Notes: generated by a model not told the origin, from the sequence alone. 64,000 nt of DNA from Candidatus Magasanikbacteria bacterium RIFOXYC2_FULL_42_28 (GCA_001784435.1 MFQZ01000001.1:82340-146339); one strand, 5' to 3'. Counted from the first letter of the stretch, positions 20,847 through 31,785 are shown. Numbers and translations are program-made.

Positions 20847-22718
20847 TTAATAATTTTGTCTAACATAATTAAGCCACCAAGTCAAATGTACTGACGGCCA
20901 AAATTGCCAGGCGTCACTCCATTGCGGTGTAGTTGACGCTAAAAAATCCTCAAAATTTTCCTTCAATTGTTTGCCATCAAAATAAGGCGACTCCATAAAT
21001 TCTCGACTATTCATATATTTTAACATAAATTGCTTTAACGGTCCCCTAAACCACTCCACCAAAGGTGCGTTAAATCCTAATTTTGTTTTATTTAAACGTA
21101 TTTCGTCGGGCACTATGCCTTGCATAGCTACACGCAAAACGCGCTTAGTATAACCGCTGCCAACTTTTGACTCTGGCGGCAAAGAAAATATAAACTCCAC
21201 CAACCGGTAATCCATGAAAGGCATACGGCATTCAACCCCGCTCCCCATAGAACAACGATCGTATTGATTAAGGATGCCAGGCAGAGGGTCTTTAAAAAAT
21301 TGTAGATATAAACTTTCATCCAGATAATTTTTAAATTGTCTCAATTCTTGATAATTTTCCTCAATAAAATCATCTCTAAAACCTAAAAATCTTAAGAATC
21401 TCTTTAAATAATATTTTATAAAATAAACAGGCAATCGGCGTTTAACTTTTCTTGCAAATTGACGCGAGCTGAATTGTGAATTTTCACCTTGGCTGGCATA
21501 AGTTTCGTAAACATCCTCAAACCACTTAGCATCAAATCTTTGTAGGGCAGCAATCAACGCTTCAGGTAAAGGTCTGTAACCGCCCAACATTTCATCCGGC
21601 CCTTGTCCATCTAGAGTAACGGAGATACCTTGACCACGGATGTGTTTATAAAGCTTCCAAATTGGAAAAAAGGCCAACGCGTGCATCGGCCCATCACACT
21701 GCCTCATAGCTTCTTCCAGTTCCTGCTCGTTTGGTTCAATCTCAACGACATCTAACGTCGCACCCAAATCACTGGATAATTTCTTTGCCTTAGATGTCTC
21801 ATCTATCTGTGAACCAGGAAACGATGCGCAAAATGCTCTATGGGTATAGTGTGAAAACCGTGCGCCTTCCGCCTTAAGATTATTAACTACAGAAACTATA
21901 CTGCCGCTATCCACTCCACCGGACAGACAAGTACCAAGCGGCACATCGCTCCGGAGCCTTAATTTGCACGAATCAACCAACAACTCTTTAAATCTATCCA
22001 CTTGCGCGGTGAACTCTGCTGGCGGCTTAAATAATCTCAAATAATACCACTTATCGATACTGACTTTTCCGTATTGGATCGTTAAATTGTGGCCATGTGG
22101 CAAAGAATAAACATCCTTTAAATAAGTTTCTTTGCTTGAATGATTAGCAAAACCACCTCTTGCTATTTCTTTTATTACAGATATATTAAGTGGCGCATTT
22201 TTACCTAGTATTTTATGAATCGCCTGAACTTCAGAAGCGAACATCAGCGTGTCATCATTTAAATAATAATATAAGGGCTTAATACCGAAACGATCCCGCG
22301 ATAATAATAATTTATTATCTTTTTGGTCATATATTGCCAACGCCCACATGCCATTAAATTTGTTTAACATACCCTCACCCCACTCAGCATAAGCGGCTAA
22401 AATAACTTCAGTATCCGAATCAGAAACGAATTGATAATTCTTGTCTAATAATTCTTGCTTAATTTCTAAAAAATTAAAAACCTCGCCGTTAAACGTAATC
22501 CAAAATCTGTCGTTTAAATAGCTCATCGGCTGGCGCCCATTAGTGGATAAATCTAATATTGCCAGGCGGCGCTGGCCCAAACCAACATTTCTATTTTCAT
22601 TAAACCAAAATCCCTCGCCATCCGGTCCGCGGTGAGCAATCGCGTCAGTTAGCCGCTTTAAAACGACCTCTTCAACCGGTTGCTGGTCTAAATTATAAAT
22701 GCCGGCAATCCCGCACAT
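20847..22718 (-). CDS. asnB: Asparagine synthase-family glutamine amidotransferase (probable glycan amidation)
   Basis: MCGIAG, HRGPD, FNGE, RDRFGIKPLY, LSGGVDS, GQGPDE. Confidence 0.9.
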   Translation of the reverse strand: MCGIAGIYNLDQQPVEEVVLKRLTDAIAHRGPDGEGFWFNENRNVGLGQRRLAILDLSTNGRQPMSYLNDRFWITFNGEVFNFLEIKQELLDKNYQFVSDSDTEVILAAYAEWGEGMLNKFNGMWALAIYDQKDNKLLLSRDRFGIKPLYYYLNDDTLMFASEVQAIHKILGKNAPLNISVIKEIARGGFANHSSKETYLKDVYSLPHGHNLTIQYGKVSIDKWYYLRLFKPPAEFTAQVDRFKELLVDSCKLRLRSDVPLGTCLSGGVDSGSIVSVVNNLKAEGARFSHYTHRAFCASFPGSQIDETSKAKKLSSDLGATLDVVEIEPNEQELEEAMRQCDGPMHALAFFPIWKLYKHIRGQGISVTLDGQGPDEMLGGYRPLPEALIAALQRFDAKWFEDVYETYASQGENSQFSSRQFARKVKRRLPVYFIKYYLKRFLRFLGFRDDFIEENYQELRQFKNYLDESLYLQFFKDPLPGILNQYDRCSMGSGVECRMPFMDYRLVEFIFSLPPESKVGSGYTKRVLRVAMQGIVPDEIRLNKTKLGFNAPLVEWFRGPLKQFMLKYMNSREFMESPYFDGKQLKENFEDFLASTTPQWSDAWQFWPSVHLTWWLNYVRQNY

Positions 22719-22719
22719 A

Positions 22720-23553
22720 TTACTTATAATAAATCTTTCTGATTATTAATTTTGGCTGTTTTAACATTAAAATAATAAAATTATATACTGAACGCGCCAA
22801 ACTCACAATTCTAACACCATCATTAATAAATACTTCCGGAATTGGTTCGTTAATTTTTCGGCCAATTAGGAAATAAGTTAAACGTTTTTTTTCACCGCGA
22901 TTTTTGGCTATACCGGAGGTATAAACATTTTGGTCTTTGCTGGATCGGCTTAAGTGGGTTAAATGCCAATAGTGATTAGTTAAAAAATAAATACTCTTCG
23001 GGCTATAAACCGTTTTATCCGTGTCCTTAAAATATAAAGTATCCTGTTCATAATAGCCACGCCATTCTATATCTTTCCGATTTCTAATAAAGCGAGGCGT
23101 ATAAAAACCGGTTCGGTTATAAAATACATCAAATTTTTCTTTATAATAAGTGTGGTAAACATCGCCGACGCAAAGATAATACGGCGAAGCCAGCCAGTTT
23201 ATACATTCGTCCACGCCATTTAACACCACAACAGCTTCTTCTATCCCCCGCTTGGTCCAAACCTCATCACCGTCAAGCAGCATAAACCAGTCAGTTTTTG
23301 TTTTTTCCAGCATTTCTTGTCTTAGCGTGGAGTGTTTAGTTTTATCACACTCACCTTTTTCTTCTAAAACAATTTTGTTGGGAAATTCCTCCGTAATTTT
23401 TTTGACGATTGAAACGGTTTCGTCAGTCGAGCCGGTATCAAAAACCAACACCTTATCAACATAATCAATAACCGAACGAATGGCAAAACCAACAAAATTC
23501 TCTTCGTTTTTTATAATACAGTGGGCGGTAATAGTTTGACGTTTATTTTCCAT
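22720..23553 (-). CDS. GT2 glycosyltransferase
   Basis: IIKNEE, DTGSTDET, LDGDE. Confidence 0.8.
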   Translation of the reverse strand: MENKRQTITAHCIIKNEENFVGFAIRSVIDYVDKVLVFDTGSTDETVSIVKKITEEFPNKIVLEEKGECDKTKHSTLRQEMLEKTKTDWFMLLDGDEVWTKRGIEEAVVVLNGVDECINWLASPYYLCVGDVYHTYYKEKFDVFYNRTGFYTPRFIRNRKDIEWRGYYEQDTLYFKDTDKTVYSPKSIYFLTNHYWHLTHLSRSSKDQNVYTSGIAKNRGEKKRLTYFLIGRKINEPIPEVFINDGVRIVSLARSVYNFIILMLKQPKLIIRKIYYK

Positions 23554-23592
23554 AGCTATTTTTGAGAACTACTGAATAAAGCTCTGTGTCTT

Positions 23593-24906
23593 TTATTTTT
23601 TTATAATTTTCTTTACCGCGGAAAAAAGATTTTTTGCCAGTAGTGGTCTAACCACGATTTTATAATGCCCATCTTTTAGGGCATACCCAGTTTTTACCCC
23701 AATAAATTTTAGACCAGCTCGCTGGGCGAGTTCGTAGTCGGCGGTGCGGTCGCCTATCGTGTAGCTTTTTTTTAAATCTATATTAAAATCTTTTGTTGCC
23801 AATTTAATCATATCGATTTTTGGTTTTCGGCAGCGGCAAACTATTTTATATTTTTTATTTTCGCCAGGGAATCCTTTGTCCGGGTGATGGGGACAAAAAT
23901 AAATCGCATCCAGCTTGGCGCCGGTTTTGGCCAATTCAGTTTCCATTTTTTTGTGGATCTCAAGTAGTTCCTCCATAGTACAAAAACCTTTGGCAACAAC
24001 AGGTTGGTTGGTGATTACTATTGCATAATAACCACTATGATTTATTTTTTTTATGGCCTCGACTGAACCCGGCAATAATTCAAAATTTTTTACTCGCCTT
24101 AAATCCCCCACTTCCTTATTTATTACGCCATCTCTGTCCAAAAAAATCGCCGGGCGTTTGGTACGCAAACTGCCGGCTTTAAATTTTCCGGATTTAATTG
24201 CGGCTTCTGCTTCTTGAATTCGCTGGGGCGTGCCAATGTCTTTAATATATTCCGGAGTAGAATATGCCGCTAAATTTGCGCCGCGCTTTAAAACAGTTGG
24301 AAAAACCTGCCGGCCAAAATCCACTAAAGTATTTCGGGGAATATATTTAAAAATTTTGGGACTTAAAACATAAACCGGGGTGCTGGCTAAATTCCTAAAC
24401 AGTAAATCCGGTTTATGTGGTTTGGTTAAAAAATTAGTAATTAAACCGTCTTGGCCGACTTCTACCAGATTGCTATCAAAAGGATGATCATTCGGATGCA
24501 CCGCCAGAGTTCCTACCAAACTTTTGTGTTTTATTTTTTGGAGCTTGTGATAGTTCAATAGGCGTTTAAAGTCGACGTTCATTAATTCGTCGCCATAAAC
24601 AACCAAAAAATCATTGGCCAAATATTTTTCCGCGGCCCGAACGGCGCCGGCAGTACCTAAGGGTTGATCTTCCGATATACAACGGACCGATAGCCCAAAA
24701 CGCGAACCATCGCCCGCAAATTCCCTAATTTTTTCCCCTAAATAATTAGTCAAAATTAAAACTTGGTTAAAGCCCTGGGACTTTAGCAATTTAAATTGAT
24801 GTTCCAAAAGCGATTTGCCCGCGACTTTTAGCAAGGCCTTTGGCGTAGTTTCTGAAACCACCCCCATCCTGCTGCCACGACCTCCGGCAATAATTACTAC
24901 TTTCAT
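23593..24906 (-). CDS. Fused heptose-1-phosphate nucleotidyltransferase (HddC-like) / heptose bisphosphate phosphatase (GmhB-like)
   Basis: AGGRGSRM..PK, PLGTAG, DIGTP; then FLDRDGVIN, TNQ, CPHHP, CRKP, IGD. Confidence 0.85.
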   Translation of the reverse strand: MKVVIIAGGRGSRMGVVSETTPKALLKVAGKSLLEHQFKLLKSQGFNQVLILTNYLGEKIREFAGDGSRFGLSVRCISEDQPLGTAGAVRAAEKYLANDFLVVYGDELMNVDFKRLLNYHKLQKIKHKSLVGTLAVHPNDHPFDSNLVEVGQDGLITNFLTKPHKPDLLFRNLASTPVYVLSPKIFKYIPRNTLVDFGRQVFPTVLKRGANLAAYSTPEYIKDIGTPQRIQEAEAAIKSGKFKAGSLRTKRPAIFLDRDGVINKEVGDLRRVKNFELLPGSVEAIKKINHSGYYAIVITNQPVVAKGFCTMEELLEIHKKMETELAKTGAKLDAIYFCPHHPDKGFPGENKKYKIVCRCRKPKIDMIKLATKDFNIDLKKSYTIGDRTADYELAQRAGLKFIGVKTGYALKDGHYKIVVRPLLAKNLFSAVKKIIKK

Positions 24907-25856
24907 ACCTTTGAACTTAGTTCTTTTATAATATCGTTAGCTCCGGCTGTGAACGCTTCAACGGATGTTGGGTATTTTGGTTTCCATCCTAGATCCTTTA
25001 GCTTACTTACGTCCAACCTAACTGTGTGTACATCACCCGGCCAACCGCGAACGCCACCGGAGAATTTAATTTCTACATTTTTTAGTCCCATCGCCTCTAC
25101 TACAATTTTGGGAATATCTTTGACATAGAACGCGCCTGCGGTGCCTAGGTTAAATAAATTTACAGATCCAGACGAGTTATTTAGCCCAAACAAAATACCG
25201 TCTACGCAATCATGAACTTCGACATACGGCTTAGATTGATTGCCGTTGCCCAACACTTCTAAACTTTTTGGATTTCTCTTAAGCTTGTTATAAAAATCTA
25301 AAACCACACCATGGGTGGGCCGTTGCCCGATTATATTGCCAAAACGATATATCCACGCCTGCAAATTATAGTTATGGCAAGCGGCGGCAATAACGCCTTC
25401 GCAGGCCAACTTGCTGGCACCGTAAAAAGAAATGGGTAAGAGCGGTCCGTAATCTTCGGCCGTGGGAGATTTTGTCGCTTCGCCATAAACCACGTTGCTA
25501 GAAGTAAAAACAATTTTTTGGGTGTTATTTGCTCTCATTGCCTCTAAAACTTTGTAAGTTACCATAGTACCCTGCTCCAAATCTATGCCAGGATTTTTGG
25601 CGCTTTTGATAATGTCGGAATTGGCGGCCAAATGAAAAACCACTTCGCTGCCGGCCATGGCTTTTACTAATTCTTGGTCGTCTAACAAGTCGGCTTGAAC
25701 AAATTTGAATTGGGGGTGGCTAAAATGGTGGCTAATGTAATTTTCTTTACCCAAAGAAAGGTTGTCGTAAACAACCACCTCGTTGCCCTCTAGTATTAAT
25801 CTGTCCGTTAAGTGGCTGCCAATAAAGCCAGCGCCACCGGTGACAAAACATTTCAT
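24903..25856 (-). CDS. NAD-dependent epimerase/dehydratase
   Basis: [15 protein letters not shown]. Confidence 0.85.
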   Translation of the reverse strand: MKCFVTGGAGFIGSHLTDRLILEGNEVVVYDNLSLGKENYISHHFSHPQFKFVQADLLDDQELVKAMAGSEVVFHLAANSDIIKSAKNPGIDLEQGTMVTYKVLEAMRANNTQKIVFTSSNVVYGEATKSPTAEDYGPLLPISFYGASKLACEGVIAAACHNYNLQAWIYRFGNIIGQRPTHGVVLDFYNKLKRNPKSLEVLGNGNQSKPYVEVHDCVDGILFGLNNSSGSVNLFNLGTAGAFYVKDIPKIVVEAMGLKNVEIKFSGGVRGWPGDVHTVRLDVSKLKDLGWKPKYPTSVEAFTAGANDIIKELSSKV

Positions 25857-26983
25857 TTTATTTTAGGTAAAGTTTGTAAAACTTCTTTTAGATTTTTGGC
25901 CACATAGAGCGTCTGCTCATCGGTTATGCTGTAAAAAATCGGCAGACAAAAATGCCGCGCACATAGATACTCCGTTTTGGGTAAAACCAAATTATTGGCC
26001 CAAGGGAAAACCGGCTGTTTATGCAAAGGCAGTTCGTACACATAGCCACTTGGCTGGATTTCGCGCTTTTCCATGGCTTTGTGCACAGTGGCGCGATCGT
26101 GATTTTTTAGGACGATAATATATTTATAATAATTAAATTCGGAATTTTCTTCGGGCTGGATTATGGCGATATCTTGACAGTCCAAGAGCTCGCGGTTGTA
26201 AATTTTGGCAATTTCATTTCGGCGCTCAATAAATTTTGGCAACATCATTAATTGCCTTATACCCATGAGCGAGGATACCTCGGGCAGACGCCAGTTGTAG
26301 CCGATAGAGGTGTGATAGTTTATATAAATATCGGTCTTAACTTTGCCAAATTCGCGCATAGATTTCATTTTGGCTACCAACTCCTGATCATTAGTCGTGA
26401 CCATACCGCCTTCGCCGGTAGTCATTACTTTGGTAGAAAAAAAACTAAAACCCGAGGCCGTGCCAAAGGCGCCAGCCTTAATGCCGTTTAAAGATGAGCC
26501 GTGCGCCTGGGCGGAATCCTCAATTAAATGTAGACCGGCGTCTTTACAAATTTTTTTAATGGCCAGAATGCTTTTAGAAACCAAACCGCCAATGTGGACG
26601 TGCATCACCGCTACGGTATTTTTGTTAATTTTTTTGGCCACATCATTGGCATCCAAACACATATTATCTCCGCAATCCGCGAATACCGGCTGGCCACCGG
26701 CATTTAAAATAGCATTAACGCTGGCAATAAAAGTATTAGCCGGCACAATAACTTCTTTTCCCTCTACTCCAATCGCGCGGCAAATTAGTTCTAAGGCCGA
26801 AGTGCCGCTATTACAACCAACGCCAAACTTAGTACCAATGTAAGAGGCAAATTTAGATTCAAACTCTTTGCCATACTTGTCCATGGACAAAAAAGATTTA
26901 CCTTCTAAAATCTCCTTAAACTTTTCGGAAATAAATTCAATATCCTCTTTAAAAAAATAAGGTTTAGTGGCTGGGACTTTCAT
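25853..26983 (-). CDS. DegT/DnrJ PLP-dependent sugar aminotransferase
   Basis: SGTSAL, EDSAQAHG, FSFFSTKVMTTGEGG. Confidence 0.9.
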   Translation of the reverse strand: MKVPATKPYFFKEDIEFISEKFKEILEGKSFLSMDKYGKEFESKFASYIGTKFGVGCNSGTSALELICRAIGVEGKEVIVPANTFIASVNAILNAGGQPVFADCGDNMCLDANDVAKKINKNTVAVMHVHIGGLVSKSILAIKKICKDAGLHLIEDSAQAHGSSLNGIKAGAFGTASGFSFFSTKVMTTGEGGMVTTNDQELVAKMKSMREFGKVKTDIYINYHTSIGYNWRLPEVSSLMGIRQLMMLPKFIERRNEIAKIYNRELLDCQDIAIIQPEENSEFNYYKYIIVLKNHDRATVHKAMEKREIQPSGYVYELPLHKQPVFPWANNLVLPKTEYLCARHFCLPIFYSITDEQTLYVAKNLKEVLQTLPKIK

Positions 26984-28131
26984 AGTGGTTGATAAAAATT
27001 GTTAATAGTTTGGCAGACAAATTCTAATTGTTCAGCTGTTAAACTCGGAGCCGAGGGCAGGCAGATCCCAGTTTTATAAATTTCTTCGGTGACTGGGAAA
27101 GTGTGCAGATCTCTGTACGCCGGCTGCGAATGCATGGGCATAAACATTGTTCTCGCCCCTATCCCGGCCGCGCTTAAATAATCAATTAGCGGATTAGCCG
27201 CAGGCACAAAAATTACCACGCGGTGCGGCACGATGTCGCCACCGGGATTAAATTCAAACACTCTAACTTTTTCTACCCCTTTTAATTTATTTCGGTAAGC
27301 CTGTAAAATTTCTTTTTTTCGCTTGATAAAAAAAGGCGCTTTTTTTAATTGGGCCACACCGACCGCACTTTGCAATTCGGTAATCCTAAAATTGTAGCCG
27401 CGCCGATCAATAATGTCCACGCCACGCTCTTTCCGGCCATCGTGTTTATACATATTAGCTTCGTTAATCAGTTCCAAATTATCCGACAGCATCATACCAC
27501 CTTCTCCCGTGGTGATAGTTTTATCCGCAAAAAAAGATAAGACGGAAAAATCCCCGTAGGAGGCGATGGGTTTGTTTTGGTAATGGCCAAACAAGGCCGG
27601 GGCACAGTCATTGATTAAAAACAAATTATTGGCTTGGGCGTAATTCGCTATCTGCTCAATTGCGCCCACATTGCCGTAAGCCGAAATTAACAAAATGGCT
27701 TTGGTTTTGGCGGTTTTTACCGCTTTAATTGTTTCCACCGACAAACAAAGAGTGGCTGCTTCAATGTCCGCAAACACGGGTATGGCATCAGTGGCGACAA
27801 TAGAATTTGGGTCAGCGGAATGAGCAAAACTCGGAACAATCACTTCATCGCCCGTTTTTATCCCCAGCGCTTTCATACCGCTAATTAAGGCCGCTGTGGC
27901 ATTATTAAAGCAGACAGCATGCTTTCTTTGGCAGGCGCTGGCTAATTCTGCTTCAAATTGCCTCGTGTATTTACTTTCCGAGAGCCAATTCCGATTGATT
28001 ACATCAGTAATCAGTGCCAGCTCCTCTTGACCAATGGCCGGCTCGTAGCAGGGGATGATTTCTTTGCCTACCCGAGCGGTGTAGGCCTCGTAAGAAGAAA
28101 TTACTTCGCTTTTATTATCATTGGTCGTCAT
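26980..28131 (-). CDS. DegT/DnrJ aminotransferase (perosamine synthase-like)
   Basis: DCAPA, SFFADKTITTGEGG, GYNFR, CLPS. Confidence 0.85.
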   Translation of the reverse strand: MTTNDNKSEVISSYEAYTARVGKEIIPCYEPAIGQEELALITDVINRNWLSESKYTRQFEAELASACQRKHAVCFNNATAALISGMKALGIKTGDEVIVPSFAHSADPNSIVATDAIPVFADIEAATLCLSVETIKAVKTAKTKAILLISAYGNVGAIEQIANYAQANNLFLINDCAPALFGHYQNKPIASYGDFSVLSFFADKTITTGEGGMMLSDNLELINEANMYKHDGRKERGVDIIDRRGYNFRITELQSAVGVAQLKKAPFFIKRKKEILQAYRNKLKGVEKVRVFEFNPGGDIVPHRVVIFVPAANPLIDYLSAAGIGARTMFMPMHSQPAYRDLHTFPVTEEIYKTGICLPSAPSLTAEQLEFVCQTINNFYQPL

Positions 28132-28142
28132 ATTCTGGTAAT

Positions 28143-29012
28143 TTACTTTATTGCTTTTAGATACTCAGCTAAGGCAATTTTAAAAGGCGTAAACAAATTT
28201 TTACCCGCGGCGATTTTTATTTTTTTGTTTTCCAAAAATGGCAAGGTCTCGCCTTCTGTTTTATCTTTTAAAAACTCTACTTTGACCTTACAAAAATCGG
28301 CTATCAGCTGACCGGCTTCGGCTACCGAAACGTATTCGTCGCCACCCAAATTATAAATCCCCGGCTGTAAATTAAAACTTTGAAAAGTGTAATTAATCAC
28401 GTCTTTATGATAGACGTACTGTAGCTGGCGCAATCCTTCGCCCCAAATGTTTATTTGTCCTTTTTCTAAACATTCTTTAACAAACTGCAAAATGGTGTTG
28501 GGGTGTTTTGCTTCGCCCGACCCAAAAACCGAGCAAAGCCGAAAGATCAAACTATTTTTGTGATTACGCAAAATAAACTGCTCAAAAAAAGATTTAGCCA
28601 CGCCAAAATTGTGATGCGGCTTAAGCGGGCTATCTTCGCTCGTGATGGTATCCGTAGACAAACCACTATAGACATAAGAAGAACTGTAATAAATTAACCG
28701 ACAATCGGGAAAATCGATTAAAGCTTTTAAAATATTGCTTAAGCTGAAAAAATCTTCTAAAAATGGGTCGTAAAGATTGTCTTTATAAATAAGCGCGGAG
28801 TGCGCCCCGGCGTGGATCAATATGTCGGGCTTAAAATCTTTAATCGCGGCCTGAATTTTTTGAGCATTGCCTAAATTAAAACTGACTACCCCGGGCCCAG
28901 TTTGGGGCTCTTTATCAATACCAAAAAAATCCAAATTTTGTTTTTTTGCCTCTTCTGCTAGACCGAGCCCGATATAGCCAAGGTTGCCTGTAATAAGAAT
29001 TTTTGGTCCCAT
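28143..29012 (-). CDS. Atypical SDR sugar epimerase/reductase
   Basis: TGNLGYIG, SSSYVYS; FGVAK in place of YxxxK. Confidence 0.7.
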   Translation of the reverse strand: MGPKILITGNLGYIGLGLAEEAKKQNLDFFGIDKEPQTGPGVVSFNLGNAQKIQAAIKDFKPDILIHAGAHSALIYKDNLYDPFLEDFFSLSNILKALIDFPDCRLIYYSSSYVYSGLSTDTITSEDSPLKPHHNFGVAKSFFEQFILRNHKNSLIFRLCSVFGSGEAKHPNTILQFVKECLEKGQINIWGEGLRQLQYVYHKDVINYTFQSFNLQPGIYNLGGDEYVSVAEAGQLIADFCKVKVEFLKDKTEGETLPFLENKKIKIAAGKNLFTPFKIALAEYLKAIK

Positions 29013-29049
29013 AGTAACAGAACAATTATATTTTAAATTGATGTAAGAG

Positions 29050-30099
29050 TCAAGTGTTGGGCGCGCGCTGTCGCGCGAAATATTTTAGCAAAAACTTAAT
29101 TTTTTTACCCGCAGGAATATTAGCACTGACGGGGGAATTTTTGAACTGATTAAAAACAAATTTACCAAAAGATAAATTACGGACAAGCAGGGAGTACCAA
29201 AAATAACCGACCATAAACGACAGGGCGGAATCAGAATAAAAATGGTTTGCGCGATTGGCGGCCAATAATTTGGATAGCCACTCCCCCGCTTTTGCGATAA
29301 ATTCCTCTGTTTTCGGAGCATCAAAGCGGGCAATATATTTGTGCACAATTAGCTCCTCTTTAGTTGGAGTAATGCCGAGATAGTTCAACTCTCTGCCTAA
29401 AATTTGGTCGGCGCAAACCTCTACTTTTTCTTTAAGGACGGAACTGCGATTATCACCGTGCACGCGATAGAGGAGGAGAACTTGGCCAAGGTTAGCGATT
29501 TTAAGATACTTAACGGCACGCGACCAGAGGCCAAAATCTTCAGTCACTTCATCGGCACTGTAGGCAAGAGAGTGTTGGATAATTAACTGGTGGCGCAAAA
29601 TGACCGATGGGTGCGCCATATGACAATGAAAAAGCATGGCGGCTTTTACCCTATCCGGTTGGGTTTGGTATTTCCAAACAAAAGTTTTTTCGCCACCGAT
29701 AACACGCACCCAGGTACCCGAAGCCCCCAAATCCGGATTGCGGTCCATAAACTTAACTTGAGCGGATAATCTACCGGGCAAACTGACATCATCTGCGTCC
29801 ATCCGCGCGATGTACTCACCTTGCGCGAGCTCTAATCCTCGGTTGAGCGTGTCGCCGATACCTATTTTTTTTTCGTTATTAATAAGGCGGACGCGCGGAT
29901 CGCGGTAGGATTTTATAATCTCTTCAGTATTGTCGGTAGAGCGATCGTTAATAATAATAAATTCAAAATCAGGATAGGTTTGATTAAGAATACTATCAAT
30001 CGCCTCGCGCAAATATTTGGCACCGTTGTAGACCGACATCAGAACCGATGCCTTGGGAGCGCGGCCCGGAATGGCTATTTTTTTGGTTGTTTGGAACAT
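29050..30099 (-). CDS. GT2 glycosyltransferase
   Basis: SVLMSVYN, NDRSTD, RMDADD, HPSV, EDF. Confidence 0.88.
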   Translation of the reverse strand: MFQTTKKIAIPGRAPKASVLMSVYNGAKYLREAIDSILNQTYPDFEFIIINDRSTDNTEEIIKSYRDPRVRLINNEKKIGIGDTLNRGLELAQGEYIARMDADDVSLPGRLSAQVKFMDRNPDLGASGTWVRVIGGEKTFVWKYQTQPDRVKAAMLFHCHMAHPSVILRHQLIIQHSLAYSADEVTEDFGLWSRAVKYLKIANLGQVLLLYRVHGDNRSSVLKEKVEVCADQILGRELNYLGITPTKEELIVHKYIARFDAPKTEEFIAKAGEWLSKLLAANRANHFYSDSALSFMVGYFWYSLLVRNLSFGKFVFNQFKNSPVSANIPAGKKIKFLLKYFARQRAPNT

Positions 30100-30680
30100 A
30101 CGTAATCAAAATAATCCGAAAAATATTTAATAATCACGTGCAAAATAACGTCGTGCACGCCTTCTACCGTGTCGTAGCGGCCGGGTTCGGTTTTAACGAA
30201 GATTTTGGCGTCGGCCAGTTGGTTTAACTTGCCACCGTCAAAACCGGTAAACGCGATTACTTCTACGTTTTTGGCTTTGGCCAACTCTACCGCCTTGATA
30301 ACGTTAACCGAGTTACCCGAGCTGCTGATGGCGATAACACAATCACTTTCTTGCAAATAATTTTGCAAGGGACCGGCAAAAACCATATCAAAGCCCACGT
30401 CATTGGCCCAGGCCGAAAGTTCGGATTCGGTAGAGGGCAGGCGGATAGCCTGAAAGCGCCTGCTTTGACTGCTAAGATTGTGGCTAAAAACGGTTTTATT
30501 AAAATCACTTACCCAATGGGTAGCCAGAGCCAGCGAGCCGCCGTTTCCAAAAATATAAATGCGCCCGTCGCGCTCAAAGACGGATTGGATAATATTGATG
30601 GCTTTGGCGAGTTCTCCGAGCGGCAAATTTTGGAGTGCCGAGACGCTTTCGTTGATTAAAACTTTTAGTGATTGTTCCAT
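30075..30680 (-). CDS. gmhA: Phosphoheptose isomerase (SIS domain)
   Basis: FGNGGS, AWAND, ISSSGNS, TGFDGG, VEGVH. Confidence 0.85.
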   Translation of the reverse strand: MEQSLKVLINESVSALQNLPLGELAKAINIIQSVFERDGRIYIFGNGGSLALATHWVSDFNKTVFSHNLSSQSRRFQAIRLPSTESELSAWANDVGFDMVFAGPLQNYLQESDCVIAISSSGNSVNVIKAVELAKAKNVEVIAFTGFDGGKLNQLADAKIFVKTEPGRYDTVEGVHDVILHVIIKYFSDYFDYVCSKQPKK

Positions 30681-30693
30681 ATAATAACTTTTT

Positions 30694-31716
30694 TTAATTA
30701 CTGAATTTGTTGGAATTGCTGTTAAACATTATGGCCGCCCCGTTTTGGGTGGTGCTTACGTTGATTAGTTTAAAATCTTTAAGACCAACCGAAATCGCTT
30801 TGGCCTCCATTATTTGACGAATCTCGGCGTGACTTCCAGGTGGCGCGACAAAAAGGATGCACCCACCCCCGCCGGCACCCAGCACTTTGCCGCCCCAAGC
30901 CCCGGCCGCGAGGCCGGACTCGTAGAGAGCGTCAATGCCAGAATTACTAATACTGCTGACTAAACTTTTTTTCCGCAACCAATTTTCGTGGAGTTGGTTG
31001 GCCAGCGCTTCCATGTTGCCGACGAGCAAACTATCCCGAAATTTATAAACCGAATCGGACATTTTTTTGTATTCTATTAATTTATTTTTGATGTTGGCGG
31101 ATTGCTCGGCGAGCACCGCGCTGGCACTCCGGCTTTGCCCGGTGTAAAAAACCAAAATATGTTCTTCAAAATTGATTAGTGTTTTGTAATCCAAGAGGAC
31201 GGGCTCTACTGTTACCGTTTCGTCGGGATTGAACACAAAGATATTAAATCCGCCATAAGCGGCAGCGTATTGATCTTGCTTGCCTATAGGTTCTTTCATG
31301 ATGTCAATCTCCAACCGGCAGGCCGATCTGGCAGCTTCTTCTTTGCTAATGGTTTTTCCTAAAAAGGCGTTAAGGCCTTTAACCAACGCCACCGCGAAAC
31401 TGGCAGACGAGCCAAGACCGGTGCCGGCCGGCACATCGGCAAAACTGCTTACTTCTATCCCCTCTTTGGTTAAGCCAAAATCCAAAAACGCTTCGCGAAA
31501 ATGATTGTGTTTTATTTCGCTGGGGTGATTGACCGATTCGTTCTCGCTGTATTTGACGATAAATTTGCCCATTTTGTAAGAATTATTGATGGCAAGATAG
31601 ACAAATTTATCAATCGTGGTAGAAATAACGCGCCCCGGGTAAGAGCGGTAAAAATCGGGCAAATCGGTACCGCCACCAACGAAACTGACACGCATGGGGG
31701 CTCTAACTAAGATCAT
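30694..31716 (-). CDS. hddA: D-glycero-alpha-D-manno-heptose-7-phosphate kinase (GHMP family)
   Basis: APMRVSFVGGGTD, PAGTGLGSS, GKQDQY, GKVLGAGGGG. Confidence 0.88.
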   Translation of the reverse strand: MILVRAPMRVSFVGGGTDLPDFYRSYPGRVISTTIDKFVYLAINNSYKMGKFIVKYSENESVNHPSEIKHNHFREAFLDFGLTKEGIEVSSFADVPAGTGLGSSASFAVALVKGLNAFLGKTISKEEAARSACRLEIDIMKEPIGKQDQYAAAYGGFNIFVFNPDETVTVEPVLLDYKTLINFEEHILVFYTGQSRSASAVLAEQSANIKNKLIEYKKMSDSVYKFRDSLLVGNMEALANQLHENWLRKKSLVSSISNSGIDALYESGLAAGAWGGKVLGAGGGGCILFVAPPGSHAEIRQIMEAKAISVGLKDFKLINVSTTQNGAAIMFNSNSNKFSN

Positions 31717-31785
31717 ATATTTGGAGAGGATTAAAATTTAATTTCACGAAACTTTTTTTGCGTCAAATTGTTTGCTCATTATTTT

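Noticed and set aside
31717-31785. Internal promoter upstream of hddA (TTGACG)
   Set aside because: No convincing -10 at 16-18 bp spacing
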